IMG/VR virus record: IMGVR_UViG_3300021431_004525
DNA: 64,000 nucleotides
Origin: a virus
Taxonomy: Duplodnaviria; Caudoviricetes
Reading direction: 5' to 3' (one strand)
Position numbers and translations under genes: made by a program. The first letter of the stretch is position 1, and the number at the start of each line of letters is the position of its first letter. The notes under the pieces were generated by a model that was not told the DNA's origin, ran no database searches, and was given only the letters and a program-made list of their open reading frames with translations. Shown here in pieces: positions 27,017 to 37,428 of the stretch.

Positions 27017-27609
27017 ATACAATAATTGAATTAAAGTCAGTATATGACTATACTACTGAAGAGGAAACCGAGAAAAGCATATATGAATCTGTTGTCGGAT
27101 ATTACAGTAGTATTGATAAGGCTATTAAGCAGATGAAGGTGCTAACAACTAAAGACAATAACTATGTGATGTTTCTTGTATCTGAGTATATATTAGATGA
27201 TATTTCTGACGATAATGATACATGGACACGTTGGATTAAGGAATGCCAATACAAATGTATCGATAGCGAAATTGTAATGACACATGAGTCAAATAAAATT
27301 TACAATGGCTTTGTAGCAGATGAATTTAGTTATAAGCCGGGTGATATTATTGAATATATTGGTTTTAAAGATACGGTTTATCAAGGAATAGTAGGATATA
27401 CCCCACCAACTGTTGAAGAAATAGAAAAGCGTAGGCTAATAGTGGATGATACGGATGATTGTTATTTAGTATATGCATTGGGTGATGGAGATACACATGA
27501 CCATGTAAGGACAAATTATATTATTGGTTATGCAGATGTATCACCGGAAATATATAAACAATATAAAGATAAATTAAAAGAAAGGAATGAAGTAAATGGA
27601 AAAAGGTGA
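27013..27609 (+). CDS. hypothetical protein
   Basis: 198 aa in operon; YKPGDIIE...DDCYLVY...HDH. Confidence 0.75.
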   Translation: MNTIIELKSVYDYTTEEETEKSIYESVVGYYSSIDKAIKQMKVLTTKDNNYVMFLVSEYILDDISDDNDTWTRWIKECQYKCIDSEIVMTHESNKIYNGFVADEFSYKPGDIIEYIGFKDTVYQGIVGYTPPTVEEIEKRRLIVDDTDDCYLVYALGDGDTHDHVRTNYIIGYADVSPEIYKQYKDKLKERNEVNGKR

Positions 27610-28009
27610 AAGATATATACATATTAAGTCAATGAATCTTTATACATTAATTACTGATAATTTTATGTTTAAGGATAATGGTGAATGGCGAAAGGGTCTT
27701 TGTTTATATAAGACGGATGGTGAGTATTTTGCAAGGACAAGGGAAGATTTCGAGAAGAACTTTATGTTGTATGATGATTGGCTTGTATTTTTGCAAAAAG
27801 GTTATCGTGAATATGAGCCTACTGCTGATGAGATTGCCAAGATTAATGAAATGCTTGGTCATGAATGTGGAAATGATTATGTGTTTCACATTAACGACAA
27901 TGGCAACATATTTGTATCTACTAATACTGATACATGGCTATGTCTTGCTGGACGTGAATGGATAATTGATTTCGAGAATAAGACTTGGAAACTATTAAGT
28001 ATGAGTTAG
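27596..28009 (+). CDS. DUF1653-like N-terminal domain protein
   Basis: YIHIKS.NLY...YFARTREDF. Confidence 0.55.
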   Translation: MEKGERYIHIKSMNLYTLITDNFMFKDNGEWRKGLCLYKTDGEYFARTREDFEKNFMLYDDWLVFLQKGYREYEPTADEIAKINEMLGHECGNDYVFHINDNGNIFVSTNTDTWLCLAGREWIIDFENKTWKLLSMS

Positions 28010-28010
28010 T

Positions 28011-28622
28011 ATGAAAAGGAATGTTGGTTTATTTTGTGGAACATTTAATCCCATACATAATGGTCATTTAATGATGTGTAATTACATATTGGGTCATTAT
28101 GGTCTTGATGGCATTATTTTGGTTGTAAGTCCCGATTCTCATTTCAAGAAGCATACCCATTTGGCTAAATTCGATACACGTATTAGTTTATGTGCTTCTG
28201 CCACCATTGATGACGATAGGCTTGTGGTATCGTCTATTGAAGATGAATTACCGAAGCCGTCATATACATATCAGACCTTGGAGTATTTCAAGAAAAAATA
28301 TGATAATATAGAGTTCGTTCTTATTATTGGTGCTGATAATCTTGTTGGCTTAAGTGAGTTCAAGAATGTTGAATACATTTTATCGAATTTTAGGATAATG
28401 GTATGTCCTCGCAATGGTATTGACTGTAAGATGTATGTAGATGAGTTATATAGGAACTTCGGTGATATTGATATAAAAAGTATAGAGTTAATTGAGGGCA
28501 TTCCTGATGTTGGTTTATCATCCACATTTATAAGGGATGAGGTTGCCAAAGGGAAATCAATTAAATACTATGTTCCTGAGAATATTGAAACATCTGTGGA
28601 AGTTGAATATGGTTCATCGTGA
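28011..28622 (+). CDS. nadD: nicotinate/nicotinamide-nucleotide adenylyltransferase
   Basis: GTFNPIHNGH, SYTYQTL, IIGADNL, LSSTFIR, YYVP. Confidence 0.92.
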   Translation: MKRNVGLFCGTFNPIHNGHLMMCNYILGHYGLDGIILVVSPDSHFKKHTHLAKFDTRISLCASATIDDDRLVVSSIEDELPKPSYTYQTLEYFKKKYDNIEFVLIIGADNLVGLSEFKNVEYILSNFRIMVCPRNGIDCKMYVDELYRNFGDIDIKSIELIEGIPDVGLSSTFIRDEVAKGKSIKYYVPENIETSVEVEYGSS

Positions 28623-28655
28623 TATTTATACTATATATGAATTATGTAGTATAAA

Positions 28656-28976
28656 ATGAATTTATTTTTAAAATTTGCGAAGAACAATACCGGTTACAGT
28701 GTTAAGAATTTATTTGTAATCATAATAGTAATAATAGGTTGTTTATTATTATTAGTACCGTTAGTATCTTTAACGATTGAGGCGATTTACATGCATACGA
28801 TTGCCACAGACTTAATGGGTATGTCCGCATACATTACGTCTGTTTCCGCATTATTTGGTATTGCGGGCTATACAAAGGTTAGTTCTGAGAAACATGAAAG
28901 ACCGTTTACACCACCTAATAATGAAGAGGAAAATGGAAATGAAATAGTTGAATCAGAGGAAATTGCTAATGAATAG
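28656..28976 (+). CDS. two-TM membrane protein, holin-like
   Basis: two hydrophobic helices, charged tail. Confidence 0.5.
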   Translation: MNLFLKFAKNNTGYSVKNLFVIIIVIIGCLLLLVPLVSLTIEAIYMHTIATDLMGMSAYITSVSALFGIAGYTKVSSEKHERPFTPPNNEEENGNEIVESEEIANE

Positions 28977-29066
28977 GTAATAATATAGTAGATGGCACAA
29001 ATATCGAATAATACAAATCTTGATGATATTTATTAGAAAGATGGCGAATTAAATTCGTATTATAAT

Positions 29067-29816
29067 ATGAATAAGAGACTTATAAGACTAACAGAATCAG
29101 ACCTTCATAGGATTGTAAAAGAATGTGTAAAACGTCTTATTAATGAAGATAAAGAATATGTAAGTGTTACTGATTTCAATTATGATGGTAAAGAGTTATA
29201 TGATGTAGGCGATGGTGATTCATTTTGTTATCTCCCTTGTGACATATATGGTACGCCGAAACTATATTATGCAGATTGTCACTTTTCGTGCGCACTACAA
29301 TCACTTGAAGACATAATCTATTCTTTTTATAAGGGTAATATAGAGAGTTTAATAGATGAAGACGATATACATAGCATAGCAGAAGAATTATGGCTTAACT
29401 GCATAAGTGAGCCTGGAAGGGTATTTTATAAAAAGTATATCGTAGTTGGCTTTGATGGACACATACCATCTTGTGAATATGTTAAAGGTGTGATTGAATA
29501 TTTGGGCGGTAATTCAAGCAATTATTGTGTAGTATATAATGAAGAAGATTCAGTAAAAGAAATACCTTGTAATTTTTTTCTTGCTCAAGGGATAAATGGG
29601 AAAGATAAACCAACTATTATGGAAGTTCCAAGAGAACTCAAGATGATTTATGACAAGATGCACACAAAAAGGGATGCCGTTGATAGAAAATTTCCTATGA
29701 ATATGACAAGGGCTGAATATTATTGGCTTACAAGGCAAGAAAACAAAAAAAGTTATGATAAAGTAATAATAGAAGTTATCAATCAATACTTAAAACAGAA
29801 CTTGGTATTAAACTAA
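29067..29816 (+). CDS. leader-bearing putative internal virion protein
   Basis: MNKRLIRLTESDLHRIVKECVKRLINE leader. Confidence 0.7.
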   Translation: MNKRLIRLTESDLHRIVKECVKRLINEDKEYVSVTDFNYDGKELYDVGDGDSFCYLPCDIYGTPKLYYADCHFSCALQSLEDIIYSFYKGNIESLIDEDDIHSIAEELWLNCISEPGRVFYKKYIVVGFDGHIPSCEYVKGVIEYLGGNSSNYCVVYNEEDSVKEIPCNFFLAQGINGKDKPTIMEVPRELKMIYDKMHTKRDAVDRKFPMNMTRAEYYWLTRQENKKSYDKVIIEVINQYLKQNLVLN

Positions 29817-29846
29817 ATGAGCAACCTTGATTGGCTGCTCATTTTT
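29817..29846. terminator. bidirectional terminator
   Basis: ATGAGCAACC-ttgatt-GGCTGCTCAT-TTTT between convergent genes. Confidence 0.7.
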
Positions 29847-29851
29847 GTATA

Positions 29852-30541
29852 TTATTGATATCTCATATAATCTGCTAATAATTCTCTACCTCTTTCAGTT
29901 TCAACATATGCAGCACCGTTTTCATCGAATTCAATTTCCATCCAGTCAGTTGGTTCTCCGCCATAGAATTTAAAACGTGCTGAATCGCCAGACGGATGAA
30001 TTTGCACCTCATGTCCTCCTGAATTAGTGACAGTTCTATATCCTGTTGGTTTAAATTCATCTGATTCTTTCAATTGTTTATTAGTGCTTTCCGCCAACAC
30101 TTCTGTTATACATTCTTTAATAAGATTATTAAGTTGGCTTTCGGTCATATTGAATTTTTGTTTTTTCGATTCCGTATATTTCTGTTTTAAGTAATTATCG
30201 TATCTTTGTCCTGTTTGTCTTGGTGTGCCTTTTGTCATTTGTGCTATATTTGCTACGTCTTTATCGTTTGACATTGCATCCATACCAAGTTGTCCTTTTA
30301 AATCATCTGCGTTAATGTTGCTATCAAGATATGAGCCTACATTGGCATCTTGCTGTTGCTGTGCCAATCTATTTTTATTATTGTCGTTAAATTCTTTCCA
30401 TGAGGCATCTATCTGCTGTTGTTTGGTCATAGGTGTCTGTGGCTGCATATCATATCCATTGAAACCACTTTCTTTAAGTGCTTTGGTTATTGCTTCTTTG
30501 ACAATATTAACAAATTGTTTTTGTTTTATTTTCTGTGCCAT
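29852..30541 (-). CDS. leader-bearing putative internal virion protein
   Basis: NIVKEAITKALKES and internal MTESQLNNLIKECITEVLAE. Confidence 0.7.
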   Translation of the reverse strand: MAQKIKQKQFVNIVKEAITKALKESGFNGYDMQPQTPMTKQQQIDASWKEFNDNNKNRLAQQQQDANVGSYLDSNINADDLKGQLGMDAMSNDKDVANIAQMTKGTPRQTGQRYDNYLKQKYTESKKQKFNMTESQLNNLIKECITEVLAESTNKQLKESDEFKPTGYRTVTNSGGHEVQIHPSGDSARFKFYGGEPTDWMEIEFDENGAAYVETERGRELLADYMRYQ

Positions 30542-30602
30542 TTATATATGTCGATACATATGTTTTTATTTTAGGTAATTATATATTATTTGACCCGACT
30601 TG

Positions 30603-30860
30603 TTAAATTCTTGATATAGAATCTTTCATTCTAATATTAGATAATATCCCTTGTAGAGTATTTACCATAGAATGTATCTCTTGCCTATATGAATAGGGGA
30701 CTTTGCCCTCTAAATCATATAAATTATGCATTTCATTTTTTATAAGCTGTTCATAATTAGCATCATAATCATAAATATCACTTTCGTTAAGGATATTTTT
30801 AATTGCTTCTTTAACTACTTTATGAACATCTTGTTCTGTAAGTTTAATTCTTTTCTTCAT
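30603..30860 (-). CDS. leader-bearing small protein
   Basis: MKKRIKLTEQDVHKVVKEAIKNILNE. Confidence 0.7.
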   Translation of the reverse strand: MKKRIKLTEQDVHKVVKEAIKNILNESDIYDYDANYEQLIKNEMHNLYDLEGKVPYSYRQEIHSMVNTLQGILSNIRMKDSISRI

Positions 30861-30911
30861 ATATCTTATATTAAATTATTATTGGGTCTAATTCTATATA
30901 GATGCCTTATT

Positions 30912-32915
30912 TTATTTGTTTTTTGAACGTCTGTCGAATACTTCCTTTTCATCTACGATGTAGACTCTTGGGCTTCTTACGCCAGTTTTCTCTTCGATGT
31001 AGTACCAAACCATGCTTTCAACTTCTTCTTCGATTGCATCCATTGGCATATCAGGAGAAGATACCGCAACCTCTACTGACACATCATATCCGTCAAATCC
31101 ATCTGGCTGAAGTATGATTTGTCTTACCAAGACTGATGAATAGTTATTGGAATTGTCAATATATTCATCCTTTACTGATTGTAATTCTTGTACTTTCTCA
31201 GGTGTTAACTCATCGAACATTCCGTCGACGTTAAGTTTCATAATTGCACCATATGAATAGTCTGACAAATCGTCATCCTCTTCTGGATACCACGACTCTT
31301 TAAGTTGTTTTTTCAGTGATTTGATTTTATTAGTAAGTGGTGTTGTATCTTTTCCATCATCCTCATAGTCAGAAATTTGTTGACGTAATTTCCTTATTTG
31401 TCTGTTAATTTCTTTATTCGCCTCATCTCTTTTTAACCTATGTTTTTTAGAGTCTTCGTTATCCTGTGATGAATGTACTTGGCCTGTATCTATTTCCTCA
31501 TGGATTTTTCCTTCGTTTGCAGTTACTTTTTCAACTTTGTTAAGAGGAACTGACATTAATGTCCATGTTTTACCATCTTTCTGATAATCGACATCACATG
31601 TTTCTTCCCATGTCATAAGGTGTGTACCGAAATCTTTAATGACACCTTCTATATTTTGAGTTCTACCGTGTACTATTACTTTATCACCGGTTTGGAATTG
31701 TCCGTCAGATGATTTGGCATGATATGTACCGTTGGCTTGTTGCATTGCCTTTATATATTCTCTCATATCATAACTCATTTCATCATCTTGTTCTTGTTTC
31801 CAATGTTCATCATCGTCTGACAAATCATCGATGGCTTCTTTAACCATATTTCTTATTTTGCTTTCCAATGCCGCTGTTGGGTGTTTAATTTCCTTTCTTT
31901 TTGAAAGAACCAATCGACGTTCTCTGTCTGATGGTTTATTCCAATGTACGCCTTCCTCTGCCCAATCAGGTTTGTTGAGGAAATTATACCAGTAACCACC
32001 TTCTCCACCCCATGCGATGAGGTTATTTGGGTCTGTAGCATTCCACCCTTTTGTTACGTCCCAATATTTAGCCTTTTGAATGTACGGTTTTATCTGATTA
32101 AGGTCATCGACTAACATGCTTTCATTTCCTTGCCCTTCAATATAACAATGGAAAAGGTATTGACCGGTACTTTCTCTCAGATGTCTTTTAGATTCATCAA
32201 ATGCACGGTTAAGGGAACCTTTACGATGTAACGGACGTTTATCAGCAGCAGCCATTGCACGTTTATCGGCACGTTTCATATTTTCTTTTTCTTTATTGTG
32301 CATCTTATCTTGGTCTTTTCTCGCAAAATAAGCATCTACGCCATCATGTGCAAATTTATGTGCGTTGATTCTGTAATTGTTTGAGAAATCATCCGGATGA
32401 TTTGGTTTGTCATAATTTCCGGCATATACTTCTGATAACACCTTATTTACGGTTTCCCTTATTTTAGACTCAAGTGGGTGTTCTCTTTCTGCTTCTGCTT
32501 TACCATAGTCGGCAAGTGCATCAAAACCGGGTGCTACATCATAAGGATTGAGATTGAAGTCATTCACATAGTTGTCAACAGTATCTGAGAAAGCGTTGAA
32601 CTTATCAAGTTCTTCTGCGTTTTTACCGTATCTTGCCTGTGTGTCCTTTGCTTGGTCATCGATTTCTCTCCAATCGGAATCCATTTCTTCTTTCTTACGG
32701 TCAGGATAAACAGGACCTTCAGGACCGTTATTGATATTATCATATTTAGCGAGTGAGTCAAGGAAATCATCATCCATTGTTTCCCCGGTTACACTTGCAA
32801 GGTTATTCATATCGTTCATATAGTCGCCTGATACGCCATTGGCATCAATAGTTTCGGACAATATTTTATTGATATGTTCCTTTAATTGTTCTCTATTTAA
32901 TTTCTTATTAGCCAT
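30912..32915 (-). CDS. multi-module putative internal virion polyprotein
   Basis: LKEHINKILSE, LESKIRETVNKVLSE, DESKRHLRES, LESKIRNMVKE, KQLKES linkers. Confidence 0.7.
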   Translation of the reverse strand: MANKKLNREQLKEHINKILSETIDANGVSGDYMNDMNNLASVTGETMDDDFLDSLAKYDNINNGPEGPVYPDRKKEEMDSDWREIDDQAKDTQARYGKNAEELDKFNAFSDTVDNYVNDFNLNPYDVAPGFDALADYGKAEAEREHPLESKIRETVNKVLSEVYAGNYDKPNHPDDFSNNYRINAHKFAHDGVDAYFARKDQDKMHNKEKENMKRADKRAMAAADKRPLHRKGSLNRAFDESKRHLRESTGQYLFHCYIEGQGNESMLVDDLNQIKPYIQKAKYWDVTKGWNATDPNNLIAWGGEGGYWYNFLNKPDWAEEGVHWNKPSDRERRLVLSKRKEIKHPTAALESKIRNMVKEAIDDLSDDDEHWKQEQDDEMSYDMREYIKAMQQANGTYHAKSSDGQFQTGDKVIVHGRTQNIEGVIKDFGTHLMTWEETCDVDYQKDGKTWTLMSVPLNKVEKVTANEGKIHEEIDTGQVHSSQDNEDSKKHRLKRDEANKEINRQIRKLRQQISDYEDDGKDTTPLTNKIKSLKKQLKESWYPEEDDDLSDYSYGAIMKLNVDGMFDELTPEKVQELQSVKDEYIDNSNNYSSVLVRQIILQPDGFDGYDVSVEVAVSSPDMPMDAIEEEVESMVWYYIEEKTGVRSPRVYIVDEKEVFDRRSKNK

Positions 32916-33014
32916 GACTAAATTTTTATTATAACGTTATATAATAATAAATAGGTGTAAATGGTTAAATGTTAAGCAATTTAATAGCATTTTCGAGGTG
33001 TGACTGTTGTTCTT

Positions 33015-33200
33015 TTAGTCATATTTTTCTTTTTTAAGTTCTTCAATGAGTTTATCTGCATAACTTACTGCAAGGTCTGCCAATTGTCTTTTGAAAATGA
33101 ATTGTAAGACGAATGTCATGATTGAACTGCTAAGTATCGCGTTCATTATGTTAATGGATGCATCAACTCTTACCTGTTCCCAATTTATATTATTATCCAT
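33015..33200 (-). CDS. small hypothetical protein
   Basis: INWEQVR..ASI...AVSYADKLIEELKK, common in Bacteroidota phages; promoter 33203-33236. Confidence 0.7.
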   Translation of the reverse strand: MDNNINWEQVRVDASINIMNAILSSSIMTFVLQFIFKRQLADLAVSYADKLIEELKKEKYD

Positions 33201-33288
33201 AATGCAAAGATAGTATTTTTCCTTGATATAATCAAATGATTTTAGTTAATTTAATATAATTATGTTAAATGGCGTTGTTATAATTAAT

Positions 33289-35055
33289 ATGAATAGGATA
33301 ATCAAAATAACTGAAGAATGTTATAATGCTTTTATAAACGGAGAAGATGTATTGTTTGAGGGTGTTGACTGGTCAAAAAATGATGACGGTACTATTAATA
33401 TGTCTGTTAATCAGAGAATGGACAACAATTCAAACAAGGGTACTAACAGTGTTGACACAAGGGTATTTGGTACTAAGGATGATATTCTTAATGGTAAGAT
33501 TTTGACTAAAACCGGTAAAGAAAATCAAAAGTCGAAATCACTACAACAATATTATGACAACAGGAAAGCACAGATTCAGTTTTATAACAATGTCATAGAT
33601 TATGTAAGAAATGGCCGTCAGGGGCAATTACCGTATGTTAATGGTTTGGATGATACAACATGGGGTGCTGTTAAGAAATGGTTTGATAAAGGCTATTCTG
33701 ACAATAGAATAATAGATGCTTGTAAGAAATCCATTAATAGAGTGAATGGCGATTCCGTACAAACGTTCTCAACATATAACCGTGTTTCTCAAGCAGAGAA
33801 TCCGGATAAAGTTGCAAGATACATTACAGGTATTGTACCTGACACTAATGTTAAATACATTTCATTGTTCTCAATGACAGATTTCAATTTCAGTGATGCA
33901 ATAAAGCATGGTACATTACGTCAAAACAGCAACACGGATAAACTTCTTGGTATCGGTGAAAAAGACCGTGAATTAGATGCAAATGGTAATTATAAGGAAT
34001 TAAACATGACTTATGATGGAAATGTAAAACCAAATGTTGCACAGAATTTTTCTTTGAACAATGTAAAAGATGGTCATTTTAAACAGCAATTTGGTTTAAA
34101 TGGAGATGGTGGTTATTCATCAGTTTCACAGTTCCTTGATAAATCAGTTAATTATGCCGCTTATGCGTTGAAGAAAGAAGGGTTTACTCCGGACATATTA
34201 GTGTCTGCGCCATCTTCATCTGACTTTAACAAATATTATTGTACGAATTTGTCTAATAAGTTAGGAATAAAGTATATAAGTGACTTCTTCAAAAGGAATG
34301 TTGTTAATGTAAGGTATGCTGATGGAAAGGATTTGTTATCAAAAGGTTTCTCTCCAAAGGACGTAATGGAGTTTGAAAGTCAAGCCAAGAATATTGCATA
34401 TAATGAGATTGCATATTTGGTATCTGAACCAATTCGTAAATTCATAAATGATTATCAGTCAATATTCAATACAATCTCATTACAGAAGCATAGCCGTGAG
34501 AAGACAAGTTTGAATGATATATTTGACTGTACAATGATTTATGCATATAGAACAATTCTGAATAGTTTACAGAACGATGTTGTTTCTGAGCATCTTGTAA
34601 AGAATTTCTTATCAAAACAGACAAAATTATATCAGAAATCATATGATTCTACACATATTTTCAATGAAGTTTCTTCGAGAATCAAGATGAAAATTGGTCA
34701 GAAAGTATTCAATAACGTACTGATGCAAACCAAGAATTTGGTTGAACAATATTCAAATCTTTTGAAACAGAATGGTTATAAGTTAAGGTTTAATCTTAAA
34801 CGTTTTAAGATTACATCATTTAAGAAACAGTTTAGACCATTCTTATCAAATCTTTATGTCGTTGCTGATGACTATATGAATAATGGTCAGTTAATGAAAC
34901 AATACAGAAACGCCAAGTTCCTCATTTTTGATGAGGATATAAACAGTGGTGCAACATTAAAGATTGTCATCGATGCATTGGAAGAGAAATTACCGGAAAA
35001 CACGGAAAATAACATGATGTGTTTAGTTAATGCTTACAGTGCAAGCGGTTTCTAA
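33289..35055 (+). CDS. protein with C-terminal type I phosphoribosyltransferase fold
   Basis: DILVSAPSSS and PRPP-loop FLIFDEDINSGATL; N-terminal RIIKITEE leader. Confidence 0.7.
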   Translation: MNRIIKITEECYNAFINGEDVLFEGVDWSKNDDGTINMSVNQRMDNNSNKGTNSVDTRVFGTKDDILNGKILTKTGKENQKSKSLQQYYDNRKAQIQFYNNVIDYVRNGRQGQLPYVNGLDDTTWGAVKKWFDKGYSDNRIIDACKKSINRVNGDSVQTFSTYNRVSQAENPDKVARYITGIVPDTNVKYISLFSMTDFNFSDAIKHGTLRQNSNTDKLLGIGEKDRELDANGNYKELNMTYDGNVKPNVAQNFSLNNVKDGHFKQQFGLNGDGGYSSVSQFLDKSVNYAAYALKKEGFTPDILVSAPSSSDFNKYYCTNLSNKLGIKYISDFFKRNVVNVRYADGKDLLSKGFSPKDVMEFESQAKNIAYNEIAYLVSEPIRKFINDYQSIFNTISLQKHSREKTSLNDIFDCTMIYAYRTILNSLQNDVVSEHLVKNFLSKQTKLYQKSYDSTHIFNEVSSRIKMKIGQKVFNNVLMQTKNLVEQYSNLLKQNGYKLRFNLKRFKITSFKKQFRPFLSNLYVVADDYMNNGQLMKQYRNAKFLIFDEDINSGATLKIVIDALEEKLPENTENNMMCLVNAYSASGF

Positions 35056-35579
35056 TCCATATGGTCATGTATTGTATCAAGTAGTCCTTTATCGTCTTTT
35101 AGTTTTTCAAGTTCTTTAATCAACTTGTTTTCTTCTTCACGTTCAGGATTATCAAGTAACTTTTTATATATTTCTAATTTTTTACTTAAATTATCAAGAG
35201 AACCTTGTATATCGGCATCATGATTCCATTTACTTAGCCAACCTTCATTTTTCTTACAATTTTCGATACATTTAGCATATTCATCGACAAGGTACTTATC
35301 TTCATCCACAAATACAATATTCATTTTTATGAAAAATTCAAAGATAAAGTCAATTAGTCCAATGCATGAGAAATCAGCACCTTCATTACCGCGTTGCCCT
35401 TTTTTACCTGTTATATAATCTTTGAAGACTTTTCTGCAATCGTCTATAACAAGGCTTTGCAAATCTAAATAAGCGTCACTCTGTCTTGGACCGACACCCC
35501 ACGCACCTTCATTAATCGACTGTTTATATGTATTGTCGATTTTACTCATTAGGTTTTTTATTTCATTTAATGTATTCAT
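35052..35579 (-). CDS. DUF4259-like protein with N-terminal leader
   Basis: ...KQSINE then GAWGVGPRQSDAYLDL. Confidence 0.6.
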   Translation of the reverse strand: MNTLNEIKNLMSKIDNTYKQSINEGAWGVGPRQSDAYLDLQSLVIDDCRKVFKDYITGKKGQRGNEGADFSCIGLIDFIFEFFIKMNIVFVDEDKYLVDEYAKCIENCKKNEGWLSKWNHDADIQGSLDNLSKKLEIYKKLLDNPEREEENKLIKELEKLKDDKGLLDTIHDHMD

Positions 35580-36673
35580 TGTTCTAATCTATTAAAATGA
35601 TTATTAAAATAATCTCGTCCATACAATTGTATAATTTGTTTTGGCCATAATTCATTTTTAATCAAGTCATATGCATTATCTGATGGAGGATTTTGAAGCA
35701 TTCCAAAAGACTCAAGTGATTGTTTTACTTCTTCACGACTGTTATAATAGTCTTTTTCATTTTTCCAAATCCTATCAATCACATCATCAAATGATTTAAC
35801 ATCCTCATTAGGATAGAATAGTTTTTCTTTTCTTATCTTGGAATATTTCCAATTTCCCTTATAATCAGTACCTTCACACCATTCTTTATTCTTGAATTTC
35901 TTCAGAAATTCCCTTACACTCATAGGTTGATAGTTATCACTACTATGCACATATCCATCCTCATGGGGTAATTTAACCCATATACGTTTAATCATATTTG
36001 GATTTAAGTCGCCCATAAACAATGCTTGATGTTCTGTATTATTGAAAATTCTGTCAGCCATTTCCGGTTTATCTGAGTTTCTGACATGGTTCATTGAGAT
36101 TTCGCGTCTGCGATGTTTATCATCGTAATAGTAATCATCCTCTGTATTTAATGCATCCTGACGATATTGCATCTTCTGTGCGTTTCTTTCTTCGCCGTTT
36201 TTAAATGGCATTGGGTTTGTTCCTTGTCCGAAGTAAGAACCTTGTCCGTTCCATATAGGGCTTTCCAAATCAGAGCCTTTTGCTGTAAACTCAATAATAG
36301 CCATACCTGAATTAGATACACCGAATTTCTTTGCCGTTTCAAAATCAGTGGTTACGAAGATTCCAAGTGGATTCATTCCACTTTCATAAGAATACTGTCT
36401 TGGATGGTATGTCCTGCCGGATGTGCCGTTAATTGCTATATCACAAGCGGTTTTCAATTCACACCCATGAAATACACGTATTCTGCTATCATCGGTAATC
36501 GGTTCTTGGTTATATATGTCTGACCAATGGCTTTTCTGTACTTTACCGTTGTATTTCTCACCCCTTGTATCTATATATCTGACTTCGTTAAGTGCCTCAC
36601 AAACCACTTGTTGTATTACGTTTCTTAGTGTACTTTCTTTTATTCTTATCTTATTTTCAGTCATATCGTCCAT
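35576..36673 (-). CDS. leader-bearing ADP-ribosyltransferase-like protein
   Basis: IRIKESTLRNVIQQVVCEALNE; RVFHG, GIFVTTDFETAKKF, IIEF, EHQALF. Confidence 0.6.
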   Translation of the reverse strand: MDDMTENKIRIKESTLRNVIQQVVCEALNEVRYIDTRGEKYNGKVQKSHWSDIYNQEPITDDSRIRVFHGCELKTACDIAINGTSGRTYHPRQYSYESGMNPLGIFVTTDFETAKKFGVSNSGMAIIEFTAKGSDLESPIWNGQGSYFGQGTNPMPFKNGEERNAQKMQYRQDALNTEDDYYYDDKHRRREISMNHVRNSDKPEMADRIFNNTEHQALFMGDLNPNMIKRIWVKLPHEDGYVHSSDNYQPMSVREFLKKFKNKEWCEGTDYKGNWKYSKIRKEKLFYPNEDVKSFDDVIDRIWKNEKDYYNSREEVKQSLESFGMLQNPPSDNAYDLIKNELWPKQIIQLYGRDYFNNHFNRLEQ

Positions 36674-36800
36674 ATCAGAATTGAAATTACCTTTAATGTA
36701 TACAAACATAAATAGTGAAATTGGACCAACAAAAAAGAAAAAAGCAGTGAAATTACTATTTCACCACTTCTCAAGGTGATAAAATTTGCAAAAATGCAAG

Positions 36801-37331
36801 TTATCGTGAAAGATAGTATGCAATTGATACATCCCCTTGTGCGTTACGTATTAGGAATGTTGTCAAAAAAGGAAACTCTCCACCACCACACCAATTCCAA
36901 ATATCCTTTGAGGTTGGAACATCAACACCACGTCCGATGTAGGCATGTTGCATATAATCTTCTATGTATTCTTGCACATATTCAGCGATTTTATCTGCTG
37001 TACCGGTAAGTTCGAATAATTCCTTACATTCATATGTTATAGGTAATTTTTCATAATATCTAAACCAACGTCTGTTAATTTCATCATATATATGGCAGTG
37101 TGGTGTCTTTTTTGCCATATTGAATGGATTCTGTTTGAAAATTGTTAGAATCTTATTAGAAAAGTCATCCAATACGATTTTCTTGCAGAAATCAATGTCC
37201 GGATTATCATAGTCAATATCAACCTTTGTATACATTACAACACCGGCTCTTACAAATGCATTACCATACTCATTTGGCGGCAATACTTCGCAACATGCAT
37301 AAATCTTTTCTTTATTATCTTTTGTCTCCAT
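36801..37331 (-). CDS. hypothetical protein
   Basis: promoter-like element ~37353-37386. Confidence 0.7.
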   Translation of the reverse strand: METKDNKEKIYACCEVLPPNEYGNAFVRAGVVMYTKVDIDYDNPDIDFCKKIVLDDFSNKILTIFKQNPFNMAKKTPHCHIYDEINRRWFRYYEKLPITYECKELFELTGTADKIAEYVQEYIEDYMQHAYIGRGVDVPTSKDIWNWCGGGEFPFLTTFLIRNAQGDVSIAYYLSR

Positions 37332-37428
37332 TTAAATTAAGTTTAATTCAAATGCAAATATACTGCAAAAAAAATATATTAACAAATAAAATTTGTAACT
37401 ATTTATCTGTATATACGGATATTTTTTA

